Below, piece by piece: positions 1 to 13,439 of a stretch of 64,000 nucleotides of DNA; the first letter of the stretch is position 1; every line of letters starts with the position of its first letter. Made by a program: the position numbers and the translations under genes. The stretch is from Phoronis australis (taxonomy: Eukaryota > Animalia > Phoronida). Location of the stretch: positions 62,001 through 126,000 of the forward strand of contig NMRA01000602.1 in NCBI GenBank assembly GCA_002633005.1, in the 5' to 3' direction. A model generated the notes under the pieces. The model did not search any database, was not told where the DNA came from, and worked only from the letters and a program-made list of their open reading frames with translations.

Positions 1-240
1 GGCGCTTTGGGCAACTGGTTTACCGGGGAGATCAAAACACACGTGCTTATTGCCGATCTGTTTGTGGTGCTTTTCATAAAAAGATATCTGCAGTCCACAA
101 TGGTAATGAATGTTGGTGTGGTAACAGCACATTTAGATACAGTCTACCGCCTGGTAAATGCAACACTCCGTGTAGCGGTGATACTGCGGAAAGTTGTGGC
201 GGCCCAGTCGCTGTGTATATGATGCTATCAGAACGAAAAG
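1..240 (+). CDS. WSC-cluster gene 1, WSC exon subtype B (5' end truncated by window edge)
   Basis: Not in the ORF track. Frame from nt 3 reads RFGQLVYRGDQNTRAYCRSVCGAFHKKISAVHNGNECWCGNSTFRYSLPPGKCNTPCSGDTAESCGGPVAVYMMLSERK, with the WSC cysteine pattern (CxxxC...GxxCxCG...C..PC.G....CGG). Ends at phase-1 donor AAG|GTAAGG at 241. Confidence 0.9.
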
Positions 241-2426
241 GTAAGGCCTAAGGAATTTCATTTTGTAAGTATTCCAGCACACCAGATTTACTTACAATAT
301 TTTGAACTTTCCTGGATGGATCAACATCTACATTTCATTATCGTGAACCATAATTTCCCTTTTGAAACATTAGACTGTGTGAATGTGTGTCCCTGTAGTC
401 CATATGAGCCCTTTAAATCAGTAAGGTTTCCAGACACAGATGACGATCATGATACGCTGTACGCGGTACGACACCGCGCATTTCTCAGTGACGCCACCAG
501 AATTGATGCTGCCAAAGCGAAAGATAGTGCTCAGACAGTCTCCGAGGTAGAAGTCAAAACAGATGCCCGGAAGTGGGATACTGCTGGCAGACAAAATTAA
601 AGATCGAAACCATTTGAAAAATCCCATTTACGATCAATGAACGCTGTTTGATACCTTTGGCAATTTTTTAAACATTCTGTTAGAATCATTTTTATTTCAA
701 ATTCCCTGGATGGAACGCCTTTTCAGACCAATTTATCTGGTTGTTGACAAACTATCTTACTAGCTCCCACGCAGTCCCAAAAGTGCATGACCTGAGACCT
801 ACTGTAAGTCAATTGTCCCACCTCATTTACAGTAATGGCTCCATGCATAACAACTTCCCTAAAGCAAATCTTCCACAGGTTATGTGGCCGGTAAATGATG
901 GTTTACGTGTCGTGAGCACCAAACCTTTCAACACCAACATCCATATCGACGTTGACGGATCCCTTGTCCACCTAAATCCTGCAATGTTTTTTGATGTTCG
1001 TGAATAATGTACATACAGCAACTAAGACGCATAAGAGACGTTTTTCTATGAATGTCTTGATCAATATCCAGTGCCTAATCAATCTGACCGAGTGCAAATA
1101 ATTGCTGTAAATCGCAACCATGGTCAAATTCATGCCAATATCATATGAGCAATTACTTTGCTGATCTGATAACCGGTAATTGACAAATTAATTAATATTA
1201 GTTTATCATGCACAAACACAGCCTAAAATAGGTTTGGGCTCATTTTTTTGAAAATATGAACCTTTTACTAAGATTCATGGGATACGTTCAGAGATATGAT
1301 ATGTTCATTCGCCGAATTTTGGTAGTTCTTGCTTTTTTGGTGGACTTTTGTCTCGTTCGCTACTTTCTTTGGAGATTTTGTTTCTCTGAGGCGGACCGTT
1401 TTGACCACTTCGCCAAATATGGAGGGGGGCTTGTTCGAACCCCCCCAAGCTACCCCCTGGATGTTTGCATGTTTATAAAGGACTTTTTAATGATCACTAT
1501 GTATGCACACTCCCGAAATACATGCATTTGGAGTGTATTCATTACATGGGCGACAGGAAAAAATGCCACCTCTTATTTATCAGCCTCGTGAAGCCAAACC
1601 AAGGTGTTGCTGAAAACAGTCTGCATCCATAAAGTCGAGTTACTTGACAATAACTATGAATGAGCTGTTGTTTAGCGCGCAACTGGGGAAAATGTGAGAT
1701 TAATTTGTATTTTAGAAGCCATTAAGTGCTGCATTAATTTTACTACAGTGTCCTTTTAAGGCGAAAGTTTGAAGATCATTTGTCCGGTTACAAAAAATGT
1801 GACACTGCAGTATAAAAACAACCTTCATAACCATTTGGCATTCATGTTCCATGTTTGCAAAGAAGTCGAAACTCGTGTTACTTGGTGGTAGTGACATGAT
1901 TCCATGTCCGTGACCGAACATGGGAATCATCCACAACTCAAGAAGACAAGCTTTAGTTTTTATTGGGGTCATTGACTGTAGTTCTTAAATACAGAGCTTG
2001 GAAAGTGACCGAGATTTGAAAGAATAAAATTTAAGAGTTCTACTTTCCCTTAAAGGATTATCGATTTTTAAAAAATCTCATATGTTAAGACTTTGGTCAT
2101 GTACCGCTGGAATTCTCATCGATTGTAAAGCTGTTTCCTTAAGTGATGATCACATGTGAAATCCATACGCCTTACATTTTATAGTCTGCAAAAGACCAAC
2201 GGCAATAACTAAGCAATGCCGGAATTCCGTGATAGAGAACCAAAATTATGGTTGACAATTCGGCTGTCACAACTTTAATCACTGTATACGGTACAGAGTA
2301 AAAAATATGGGGCAGATTTTTCTTTTAACATTAACGAAGCCGTACTAACAAAATTAGCTAAAACTGAAAAATGGCTAAGTGTAAAAAAGTAATTGGGTTC
2401 AGTTTGCCTTGCGCAAGCCTTTCTCC

Positions 2427-2553
2427 CGTTCAGTAACGCTAAGACCTCGCTAAAAGCAAGACTTCGCGGGATTATGTGAGATATTGCTGTGTATTTTAAA
2501 TAAAATCACGTGGGTTTGGATAGATTTTAGGTAGGTTCTAGCGTTACTGAACG
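2427..2553. repeat. Short inverted-repeat element (MITE-like hairpin) in gene 1 intron
   Basis: CGTTCAGTAACGCTA at 2427-2441 and its reverse complement TAGCGTTACTGAACG at 2539-2553; imperfect pairing extends to about 29 nt. Confidence 0.65.
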
Positions 2554-3156
2554 CACGACTGATTTTACAAAATTTGCGTCATGCGGTTGAAAGTTCTAGG
2601 CACGTGGTGTTTTTCGGCAAAAAGATCATTTTTACGGTGCATGTGACAAGACAAATCGTACATTCGTCACAGGTTTATTGCATGAGTATACTGTGTTGTT
2701 CATGTTGAATTACTCAAAGGTTCTTTTAAGAAGCATTTCACAGGCTTATGCACAATACAACGAATAGCCCCAAATCAGCATTTAAGTTTGAAGTTTGCAA
2801 TTACGCGACCAGTAGCATTGCCAAAAGTACTCACCATTCTAAGAGTTCTATCATTGGAAGACTTTCAAAAGCGTTTCTATGCCGAAATTATTTTTGTTGT
2901 ACCAGACAGTAAAACAATAGCAAGAATTTTCTGTCACAATAAACTAACCGGAAGCTAAATTTAGCACTTGTAGAGAGTGACGCCACCTCTTGGATGTTTC
3001 GCAAGAAAAGGTCTGTGTTGCGAGTCTGTTTTCTATAATCTAAGGCTTAACTAAACCAGTATTGCATACCGTAGGGTATCGTGAGAAGAAAACTATGTTA
3101 TCATATGAGATCATGTAGGGTGATGTGATATAACACTGTTGCACTCAATATTTCAG

Positions 3157-3488
3157 ATCTAAATATCGGATTGAAGATGGCCGAAGGATGTTATATTTGG
3201 CGCCGAGATGAAATAATTGCCAGTAAAATCAATTCAACTTCGAAATACATGGATCCAGTTGGACTTACAAAAACAAAATGCAAGCAAAGATGCCGTTTGA
3301 ACCAATTCAAGTTGGCTGCCGTTCGAGCAGGAAAAATATGTCTGTGTGGCAATACCTTAAACACTGAATTTGGCATCCTAACCGACAGAGATTTGTGCAA
3401 AACGCCGTGTTCAGGCAACCCTTTGGAATTTTGTGAGAGTGAAAGTCACGTGTTTGTAATGAGCTCTAGCTTGCCCTCTGTCTCTTAG
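3157..3488 (+). CDS. WSC-cluster gene 1, terminal WSC exon subtype C
   Basis: Acceptor TTTCAG| at 3151-3156 (phase 1, compatible with the donor at 241). Reads LNIGLKMAEGCYIW...LTKTKCKQRCRLNQFKLAAVRAGKICLCGN...CKTPCSGNPLEFCES..VFVM, stop TAG 3486-3488. Confidence 0.9.
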
Positions 3489-3972
3489 CTTAATCCTTAC
3501 TCCAGTCCATCTTTGTCCCAATCTGGAGTGAGTTTGACAGGCTGTGGTGACCACATATTAGTGATTTTGACTTTTCTACTTGAAGTTTTAGTCTAATAAG
3601 GAGTGAACGTGTTTCTCTCACATGCTAAAAGGTAGTTTAGGCAAGAACTGTTTTAAATTCAAATTTCGAGCAGTTTTAGAAATTAATATACTAAAACATG
3701 TATGTCTGTTATGTCATGTACCTTCGTTTATTACCTGTGGGGATAGTACGAGTGGGGAATTTTCAGTGTAACGTGTTCCGCAGAATCGCGGGTGTTTTCG
3801 TAGAATCAAATTTCTCCTCGAAGGCAAGGATATTATAAGTTACACAAGGATGTCTGACTCTGACCGAAATGCGCTACAGCTGTACATGTAGCGCTACCTT
3901 CTGAAAGGAGCCCACGTACAGCATATGGATGACTGCAATGTCAGTGTATCTTCTGGTGCTGACAAAACATAA

Positions 3973-4690
3973 ATGAGCATGATGTGTGCTGCTGCCAATT
4001 GCAGTTTCAGAAACACCGACGAAGAAATGCATTTTTTGTTTCGCTTGCCTAAATATAAAGAGATGTAAGTGTATGTTCATTGCATACATGTATTTCATAC
4101 TACTGCTGGCTAGTATGTGCTAATCCGTCGCTACTGCAGTAAAACAATAATAGTAAGCCTACCTACTAAGTTCTAAATATGTAAAGTTACGAGTAGTTGA
4201 CAATACTGAGGCCCGGGGCCTAGGTCCTATGAGACTCGATTCAAGAAATGAACTATGCATATCTTCTACCAGGGATGTCACAAAATGCTTGTGAAGTAAT
4301 GTCAGATATGTGTAGTTAAAGTTATCTTTGTGTGTACAGTTCAGGTTACATGGACAGACCCAGTGTCTTGGTCAGGTGGCCTTGTTTACTGTGTGAAAAC
4401 TGTTGTAAGATAGCACTTACTTGTACATTGCCAGGCTTACTGGATGATGTTTGCAAGCCTACACAATGTTGTTTGTTGGCGTGTAGGCTATTTCTCATTG
4501 TATGGTTCAAATTCAGATGTGCGCGTTGGGCGCAGAATGTGCAAAGATCTTATCTAGCAGGAAAAATCTTAGTTACATATATAACTTGCGATTGTAAAGA
4601 CGCCCCTTCAGAGATGAGCAGTTTGCCTATTAACTCGGGCAGGAAACGTTATTTTAGTGTCAACAGTCTAATTTGATGTGTTAGCAACAT
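3973..4690 (+). pseudogene. Degraded spliced THAP zinc-finger domain (transposase-derived remnant)
   Basis: Exon 3973-4064 MSMMCAAANCSFRNTDEEMHFLFRLPKYKE with phase-2 donor GTAAGT; matching acceptor TTCAG| at 4517 gives CARWAQNVQRSYL. Fits the THAP pattern C-x4-C...F.FP...W..N; downstream part is disrupted. Confidence 0.6.
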
Positions 4691-5524
4691 AGTCTCAGAC
4701 ACTACTCTGCATTATCACAAGATGCATTGAAGAATATCCTATACAGGGATCATCGGGTCACTCCCGTGTTATAGTGGGTAAGCACTGGATGGTTGCATAT
4801 CCGTGGAAAAACGGAGTATATTACAAGACAACAGATCGCAGACAGACGCCAAGCTGAGGGCGACAAAAGGAAAGCTCGTGAAGAATCTACTCCTTGCCAA
4901 GGCGTATAATGAGCAAATATTATAAGTGACATGGAGAAAATTTCTTTCCTTATAAGTCAAGTGATGAAGAATTTAACGACTACGAAGTGATTCTGGAAAA
5001 AATGCATGTACTTAGCTAAGCAATACAGCAGCGAGAGAGCTCCCAAAACGTATTGCGGTGTGAATCGACCAAGAAACAATCAGCAGAAGACAGTTAATTC
5101 GTCTGATATTGCTTGCTAACATAGGACTGCAAAGTTCAAGCGTTTTCAATTTTGGACTTGACAGTGTTCGTAAGCTTCGATTGTAGACTGGTGGAATGCC
5201 ATGCATGTGTACACACGGGAGAGCGTTTGCGTTCTTTTAAAGTCAGTACAAGCCGACGACAAGCTCACTATAGGCAGCTCTCCGTCGTTGCTCAAAAACC
5301 ACACATTTAGTTAACTATAACTGTTGTTTATCCTACACTGAGAAAACTCCGACGATCATGAGCACGACTGTTCACATTTTGGGTAAAAGTAGTTCTATAG
5401 CTAATAAATACTTTGGTCAATGAAGAAACACTTTTTTGTCGATATTATCAATGGTGCACAGCCTCAGAGACTTCATATGAGCAACTAACGTGATTAAAAA
5501 GATTTCCAGTGTTACATGTCAATA

Positions 5525-5640
5525 TCTCGAAGGTTAGCTACTCCGAAGGTCCACTACTCCGAAGGTTTGCTAAACCGAATACTCGCTACTTTCAAAAATT
5601 CACTACTTCGAATGTCCACAATTGCGAAAGCAGAACTTCG
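5525..5640. repeat. Degenerate ~17-bp tandem repeat (CTACTCCGAAGGT core)
   Basis: Repeated ctactccgaaggt and variants; adjacent 5667-5790 also has a diverged direct copy at 5958-6070. Confidence 0.6.
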
Positions 5641-6189
5641 ACAGTTATTTTTTTCTTAAATATGAGCACAGCCCCTTAAGTCACTTTCGCATTATATCCA
5701 GGTTTTCATTCACACCCTTGCATACAATCACCAGTAGGACGGAGCTCTTAGGTTTAAGACACCTTTGTGCAATGATCGATTGTCAGCGAGTGAAGCCAGA
5801 ATTCAAACCCAGTTCAACCCTGTCCCTGCCCATTTTCATAAAATCAGAAAGCCCCCTTTCAGTCTTCTTAAATTTAAAACCGTTGTTTGCCTCACCCTTG
5901 ACCCGTGCCCCAGATGTTGTCCCTGCTTGAGGATTTTTTTATATTAAAAAAAAAAGATCAGCCCCCGAAACCGCTTTCGCATTATATCCAGGTTCTCATT
6001 TATTCCCTTGCATACTAGTAAGACGGAGATCAGAGGAGCATGAGACACCTGTGTGCAATGATCTCCCGAACGAGAGTTTGGAGACCAAACCACCAAGCCT
6101 TTTAAATGGTTACTAAATAGACACAAACACAATACTTAATTCTTTTCAGTTCCAGCTCATTAGCAGACAGTCAGAGTAATGAACTATAA

Positions 6190-9100
6190 GGCTTGGTAGT
6201 TTAAGGTGGGGACTTCCGTTTGTGAGGCCAAGTTACATCCTGTTCTTCGCGAGCAATCATCCCGGCATTCTCATTTCTGGTATTCCTAACTCCGTCTCAT
6301 CTCGGAAACAGAGCTGAAGATCGTTGTGTATACAGGTTTCCCTTCAACTTAATTGAGTTGCGTCATTCGAAGGTCTTACTGAAAACTTCACAGTGTCGAC
6401 GTTTGCAAAATATCAAAAGCCCACCGTTCAAGAAATTGGAACCACCCCTCGCGCAATGCTGGCTACGGGCGTGATCTAACAAACCACTTCTTCACCTACA
6501 CAGGCTTCCACTTATTGTAATAGAATTATTTAAAATCCTTCATTGCAAATCACTCGAGGCACTTCAGTAACTGTATGAGGAAGCAAGAACACAATTACTC
6601 CTTTCGCTACAACAGCGTTTTAGACATTCCTTGAGTGAAATCGAGGCCGCTCGAATTTGGAACAATCTACCGAATGAGTTGTGCACAACACAGTCTTTCA
6701 CTGCTCTCTTTGTAAACACTGCAGGTTATTTTGTAATTAGTGTATACCATCGTTTTTGCACAGTTATGATTTATTTATAATGTTCATGTAGTAATTACAC
6801 GTGTACCTATTCGACTAGTCTTTACTAAACCTCGTCCCATCTGAAAGTAATAAAAGGTCCGGCTTGTAGTGAAGACCTTACAGTATGAAGACTTTTACGG
6901 CATAAATAGCACTTAGATAGTTAACGTTCATTGTTCGCCTTATCGCAAACATACGTTGTAAAACTTGCCACGCTCGAGCTCCTCAAGCGCAGCGCCGACG
7001 TTCAGCCTGTACAGTAGCGTCAATGAAAGTGAAGCGTCGCTTGCAAGACACCGACAGAGCAGCGGCGACATGAAGAAGGCTACCTCGGCCTTTGGAAGTG
7101 AATGTTCCTTATAACCAAAATTACGCAATATCGACATGCTTCCAAACAATAATGCGATAGGAATTAGGTACATTCGAAAGTTACTTTAGGCAGTGGGGTT
7201 GCTACCAAATCCGGTACAGGTCATCTGCCAGTCAAGAATAACTGTCGACTAGCCTAACGAGTTATGGTGCCTCTAATACCTAGGAATAGACTGACGTTTT
7301 TGTTGCAAACTCAAACAGTTGCTGAGAGCCTATAAAACCAGAGACTACGGTACTTGGACCGCCAACTCCTTATAAATAAATCTTTCGGTCAGGCTTACTG
7401 TCGTCAGTGAAAGTACCACAAACTAACCGGTTTCACTTTTATGCCCCTCATTTATACATGTATTTTGGTGAATGGCTTCAAAGTATTTTGCGCCGCTTTA
7501 AGGATGATTAAGAAAATTGGCATATATGTTCTTGGCGTGAAGGTCAGTTGACGGTGGTTTTTCGACGAAATCGAATACTGTGGCCCCTCCAAGTGGCATT
7601 GTTTTGTGTCCATACATGTACCTGTATCTCCCAAGCCCATTGTAGGATCTTTATTAAATTTAGCAAGTGTATTTCAATGAAATTGAAAATTCACGACAAC
7701 GATCTTTAGACGAATTCAACTTAGGCTTTGCCCCCTTGAGCCAATCTAATTTTTCCGTTTTTTCTCTGTTTCTGAAAGTTCTGTAGCGTGTTTTCAGGAA
7801 ATTTTTACATTAAGCTTTATATTAAAGAAGCAATGACATGCTCCCGTGGAAGTGACGTATTTTGCGCCATCTAGTGGATATTTTATCACACAAATGTGCA
7901 ATCCTCTGGAACCACCCAGTTTGAGTTGTAGTCGTGCGAAAATTTCAACGTTCCGCATTGCTTTTGTTCTGTTTTGTCTAAAGTTGAAAACGTGCGAAGC
8001 TGTAACTCAATGTGTGCCCCACAGAGGTGCTTCCACTTACCTAGGTGTATCCTTTGCAATAGATTTTGAAAAAAATGTGTTATCTATGCAACCTGGACAC
8101 AACGTTGGCCAATCAAATTTTCCAAAGAGGTTTGAGTTTCATGATGGTTTTTATAATTTTTTCTAGTTAGGTGAACCCTTGATTTGTTGAGTCTTTGTTG
8201 TTGCATATATTTTAAAACGACAAGTTGCAACGGAGTATTTATTCAGAGTCCCTGACAAACACGACAATCTGTGAAACTACATTGGTACATGAACAATTTG
8301 CAATAAATAATTGCAATAACTCAGATTTAGCAACAACTACAAAAAAAGAGACAATACAAATTTCTGTTAAAAAACCCATTGCAAGTAAAACGCGCAAAAA
8401 TATAAATAATACACCCACATGGGCGTCAATAATATCGCTATTCTTACAAAACATCTGTTTACATTCATGTGAAAAGCGCAATTGAGCAGAAGAACGCTAG
8501 AACACTCCCAAATACACAGGTACACCTAGTCTACATAAAAAAGAGTTCAAACAATAAGAATGAGATGACCTGTCATATATTATTCCTGTAGGTGTCGCTG
8601 GCGCATTGGGCAGTTTCGTATGATGGGCCGTTGGGGGGAAAGTGTAATTTTATACATTACGTCATTATTTACGCCGTAAAATTACGAGCGTAATTTAATT
8701 CTTCACGGCGTAAAATTACGCTCGTTATTTAGTTTAAACTCTTAGTCAATGCCGTTGGGTTTTACAATCCACGGTCGCGCGTGGAAATACTTATTTACTG
8801 ACGGGTTACGTGTCTACGATACGAGCGCTGAATAATGGCGGATCAAATCGCTGCTGCAATATTAGCGATTGTGCAAGAACGAAATGCCCAGCAACAGTCG
8901 TGTATGTTAGGTCAACACTGAATGGTTTAAATTTGGAACCTTCTTAAGGTTTTTACTAGCGTAATTCACGGCGACATTTCCCGTATTTAATTTACGGGCG
9001 TAATTTTTCTGCAACACTTTTGCAATTTAATTTACTCTCGTAATTACGAACGTAATTTCACGGCAAAACTTTTCCCCTTTTAATTTACTAGTGTAATTGT

Positions 9101-9301
9101 ACGGCGACACTCCTGCAATTTAATTTACGCTCGTAATTACGGGCGTAATTNTGGGTATCGGAAATGTGTGTGTTATCTCTTGTAATTAAGGAACCCATCT
9201 GGTTCCTTCTGTGAAATATTTATTTGTAGAGCTGTGACCCTGAAATCCCCAATACAACTTAAAATATTTATTATTCTTGTTGTTTTATTTGTCCCCAATA
9301 A
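6190..9301 (+). repeat. Tandem duplication, unit 1 (~3.1 kb, contains N at 9151)
   Basis: 6190-8651 is near-identical to 9302-11751, and 9152-9301 is near-identical to 11848-11997. Contains a LINE-like 3' fragment (EAARIWNNLPNEL at ~6640-6680). Confidence 0.9.
8625..9150. repeat. Array of palindromic AATTACGnGCGTAATT-type motifs (probable subterminal repeats of a non-autonomous DNA element)
   Basis: Many copies of aattacgagcgtaatt, taatttacgggcgtaatt and aattacgctcgt in both orientations, running into the N gap. Confidence 0.6.
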
Positions 9302-11997
9302 GGCTTGGTAGTTTAAGGTGGGGACTCCCGTTTGTGAGGCCACATTACATCCCGTTCTTCGCGAGCAAGCATCCCGGCATTCTCATTTCTGGTATTACTA
9401 ACTCCGTCTCATCTCGGAAACAGAGCTGAAGATCGTTGTGTATACAGGATACCCTTCAACTTAATTGAGCTGCGTCATTCGAAGGTCTTACTGAAAACTT
9501 CACTGTGTCGACGTTTGCAAAATATCAAAAGCCCACCGTTTAAGAAATTCGAACCACCCCTCGCGCAATGCTGGCTACGGGCGTGATCTAACAAACCACT
9601 TCTTCACCTACACCGGCTTCCACTTATTGCAATAGAATTATTTAAAATCCTTCATTGCAAATCCCTCGAGGTACTTCAGTTACTGAAGCAAGAACACAAT
9701 TACTCCTTTCGCTACAACAGCGTTTTAGATATTCCTTGAGTGAAATCGAGGCCGCTCGAATTTGGAACAATCTACCGAATGAGTTGTGCACAACACAGTC
9801 TTTCACTGCTCTCTTTGTAAACACTGCAGGTTATTTTGTAATTAGTGTATACCATCGTTTCTGCACGGTTATGATTTATTTATAATGTGCATGTAGTAAT
9901 TACACGTGTACCTATTCGACTAGTCTTTACTAAACGTCGTCCCATCTGAAAGTAATAAAAGATCCGGCTTGTAGTGAAGACCCTACAGTATGAAGACTTT
10001 TACGGTAAAAATAGCACTTAGATTATTATTACTCGCCTTATCGCAAACATACGTTGTGAAAATTGCCACGCTCGAGCTCCTCAAGCGCAGCGCCGACGTT
10101 CAGCCTGTACAGTAGAGTCAATGAAAGTGAAGCCTCGCTTGCAAGACACCGACAGAGCAGCGGCGACATGAAGAAGACTAGCTCGGCCATTGGACGTGAA
10201 TGTTCCTTATAATCAGAATTACGCAATATCGACATGCTTCCAAAAATAATGCGATAGGAATTAGGTACATTCGAAAGGTACTTTAGGCAGTGGCGTTGCT
10301 ACCAAATCCGGTACAGGTCATCTGCCAGTCAAGAATAACTGTCGACTAGCCTAACGAGTTATGGTGCCTCTAATACCTAGGAATAGACTGACGTTTTCGT
10401 TGCAAAATCAAACAGTTGCTGAGAGCCTATAAAACCAGAGACTACGGTACTTGGACCGCCAACTCCTTATAAATAAATCTTTCGGCCAGGCTTACTGTCG
10501 TCAGTGAAAGTACCACAAACTAACCGGTTTCACTTTTATGCCCACATTTATACACGTATTTTGGTGAATGGCTTCGAAGTATTTTGCGCCGCTTTAAGGA
10601 CGATTGAGAAAATTGGCATATATGTTCTTGGCGTGAAGGTCAGTTGACGATGGTTTTTCGACGAAATCGAATACTGTGGCCCCTCCAAGTGGCATTGTTT
10701 TGTGTCCATACATGTACATGTACCTGTATCTCCAAAGCCCATTGTAGGATCTTTACTAAATTTAGCAAGTGTATATCAATGAAATTGAAATTTACGACGA
10801 CGATCTTCAGACGAATTCAACTTAGGCTTTGCCCCCTTGAGCCAATCTAATTTTTCCGTTTTTCTCTGTTTCTGAAAGTTCTGTAGCGTGTTTTCAAGAA
10901 ATTTTTACATTAAGCTTTATATTAAAGAAGCAATGACATGCTCCCGTGGAATTGACGTATTTTGCGCCATCTAGTGGTTATTTTATCACACAAATGTGCA
11001 ATCCTCTGGAACCACCCAGTTTGAGTTGTAGTCGTGCGAAAATTTCAACGTTCTGCATTGCTTTTGTTCTGTTTTGTATAAAGTTGAAAACGTGCGAAGC
11101 TGTAATTCAATGTGTGCCCCACAGAGGTGCTTCCACTTACCTAGGTGTATCCTTTGCAATAGATTTTGAAAAAAATGTGCTATCTATGCAACCTGGACAC
11201 AACGTTGGCCAATCAATTTTTCCAAAGAGGTCTGAGTTTCATGCTGGTTTTTATCATTTTTTCTAGTTAGATGAACCCTTGATTTGTTGAGTCTTTGTTG
11301 TTGCATATATTTTAAAACGACAAGTTGCAACGGAGTATTTATTCAGAGTACCTGACAAACACGACAATCTGTGAAACTACATTGGTACACGAATTATTTG
11401 CAATAAATAATTGCAATAACTCAGATTTAGCAACAACTACAATAAAACAGACAGTACAAATTTCTGTTAAAAAACCCATTGCAAGTAAAACGCGCAAAAA
11501 TATAAATAATACACCCACATGGGCGTCAATAATTTCGCTATTCTTACAAAACATCTGTTTACATTCATGTGAAAAGCGCAATTGAGCAAAAGAACGCTAG
11601 AACACTCCCAAATACACAGGTACACCTAGTCTACATAAAAAAGAGTTCAAACAATAAGAATGAGATGACCTGTCATATATTATTCCTGTAGGTGTCGCTG
11701 GCGCATTGGGCAGTTTCGTATGATGGGCCGTTGGGGGGAAAGTGTAATTTTNTTGGTAGGCAATCGGCCAATACCCATTTGGTATTATGTACCCATTTGG
11801 TACTATGCTAACCTGTGCCACTTAGTATCCGATACTCAGTTACACTTTGGGTATCGGAAATGTGTGTGTTATCTCTTGTAATTAAGGAACCCACCTGGTT
11901 CCTTCTGTGAAATATTTATTTGTAGAGCTGTGACCCTGAAATTCCCAATACAACTTAAAATATTTATTATTCTTGTTGTTTTATTTGTCCCCAATAA
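9302..11997 (+). repeat. Tandem duplication, unit 2 (contains N at 11752)
   Basis: Starts GGCTTGGTAGTTTAAGG as at 6190 and ends ...GTCCCCAATAA as at 9301. Scattered substitutions and small indels relative to unit 1. Confidence 0.9.
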
Positions 11998-13439
11998 CTA
12001 ACAAACACTATTTATCAGAGGGCTAGAAAGACCCTTCTGTAATAGAGGTCTAACAAATACTAGCTCAATAAGGGTGCACCATTAACTGGAACAAGTACTA
12101 CCTATTCTATTATTGAGAACCATTACGATACACAATCAACTGCCTAACTGCGACTCGTAACTATTTATCCCATGAACCGGGTACCGCGCAACATATTCGC
12201 TATATAAGCAGCTAAATTATACTATGATTGTACGTTAAACAACAACTATATACACTCTAAAGTCAGATAGTTATACACACATGGGATGCAATATTCTATG
12301 CTGAAATACTTAAACAGTGTGACTGACAGTCTGTTCGATCTAACAGAAACTCCAGTATCCGAGAAAACTTGATTCGCTTTACAAATCTTACTAACGATTG
12401 CCGCTAAACTCAAGAAACACCAGTCACCAAAACTTCATAACAATACAAAAGCAAATACGGAAAAACAGCCTGCCGGTCAAGCTATTATTAATCTAGTATG
12501 CAATGTCACTGGTAACAACTGGAATAAACCGACTTACTGAAAGAGATCAAATCACAGCGCGGAAGATATACTGCCACCTATAAAGAAATAAACAGCGTAA
12601 TAAGTAAGTGAAACACAATGGCACAAGCAATGACAGCAATGATACACGGCATAAACACAATCAGACGCACCTGGAAAAACGTTGATACAAAATTAGAAGC
12701 ATAAGGTATAGCACAATGCATAATGAAAATTATCAGTTATAAGACGAAAAGTTTCTCAAGGTTGTATTAAACATATAATGGGATTATTTATAGCAATGTT
12801 ACAATCAAAATCTCCACGAACTATTTCATACAGCTGATGCATTAGTTTTTAGCTTATCTCCCCACAGATGTGTTTAATATCTAGTACTGGAAATAGTACA
12901 ACAAACACTAACAGACTCGAGTCAAATAAACAAGCACTGTCTAAATCATGTCTATCAACGAGCAGTACACAGCGAGTTGCTGCTCTTTACTATATTCTCC
13001 ATAATGAGTCCCTCATAAAAGAAATACTCAACTTACCAATCCTCTGCGTTTTCCTAATTCTCATGTGCGTCAAATGTATGCTGTGGGTCAGCTTGTCAGC
13101 CTGGCAGGGCAACAAAAGCGGCAAGCAGATCCCGCGAAAAAGGATGGGCTAGCTAGAAACCGTTCACCCACATTGCACCAAATGTGTACTGGATTACTTC
13201 AGAATTACTCCTGCGCTATGAGTCGTACGATATGGGGACCTCTCGTGAAAAATCGAAATGGAGATGTTGCTTTGTTCAAGTGTTGTAATTTTGTTTATTG
13301 ATATAACTTCCTCATATGCATAAATAGGATTAGATTGATTTATATGTAATTCGTTCAAAGTACCAGCTCAAAACAAGTTAACTTGCTGTGAGCGGGGTTT
13401 CATGTTTGTAGCGAAAAATATCCATCTCGTCCACAAAAT

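Noticed and set aside
7-222. ORF-track 71-aa ORF
   Set aside because: Wrong frame; frame +3 over the same bases encodes the WSC exon.
3157-3488. Idea that this exon is the inverted missing exon C of gene 2
   Set aside because: It splices in phase to the plus-strand exon B at 1-240, so it belongs to gene 1.
5525-9150. CRISPR-like arrays
   Set aside because: Eukaryotic context; repeats are degenerate and lack unique regular spacers and cas genes.
6940-11585. Pairs of near-identical short ORFs
   Set aside because: By-products of the recent duplication of non-coding repeat DNA; no domain signatures.
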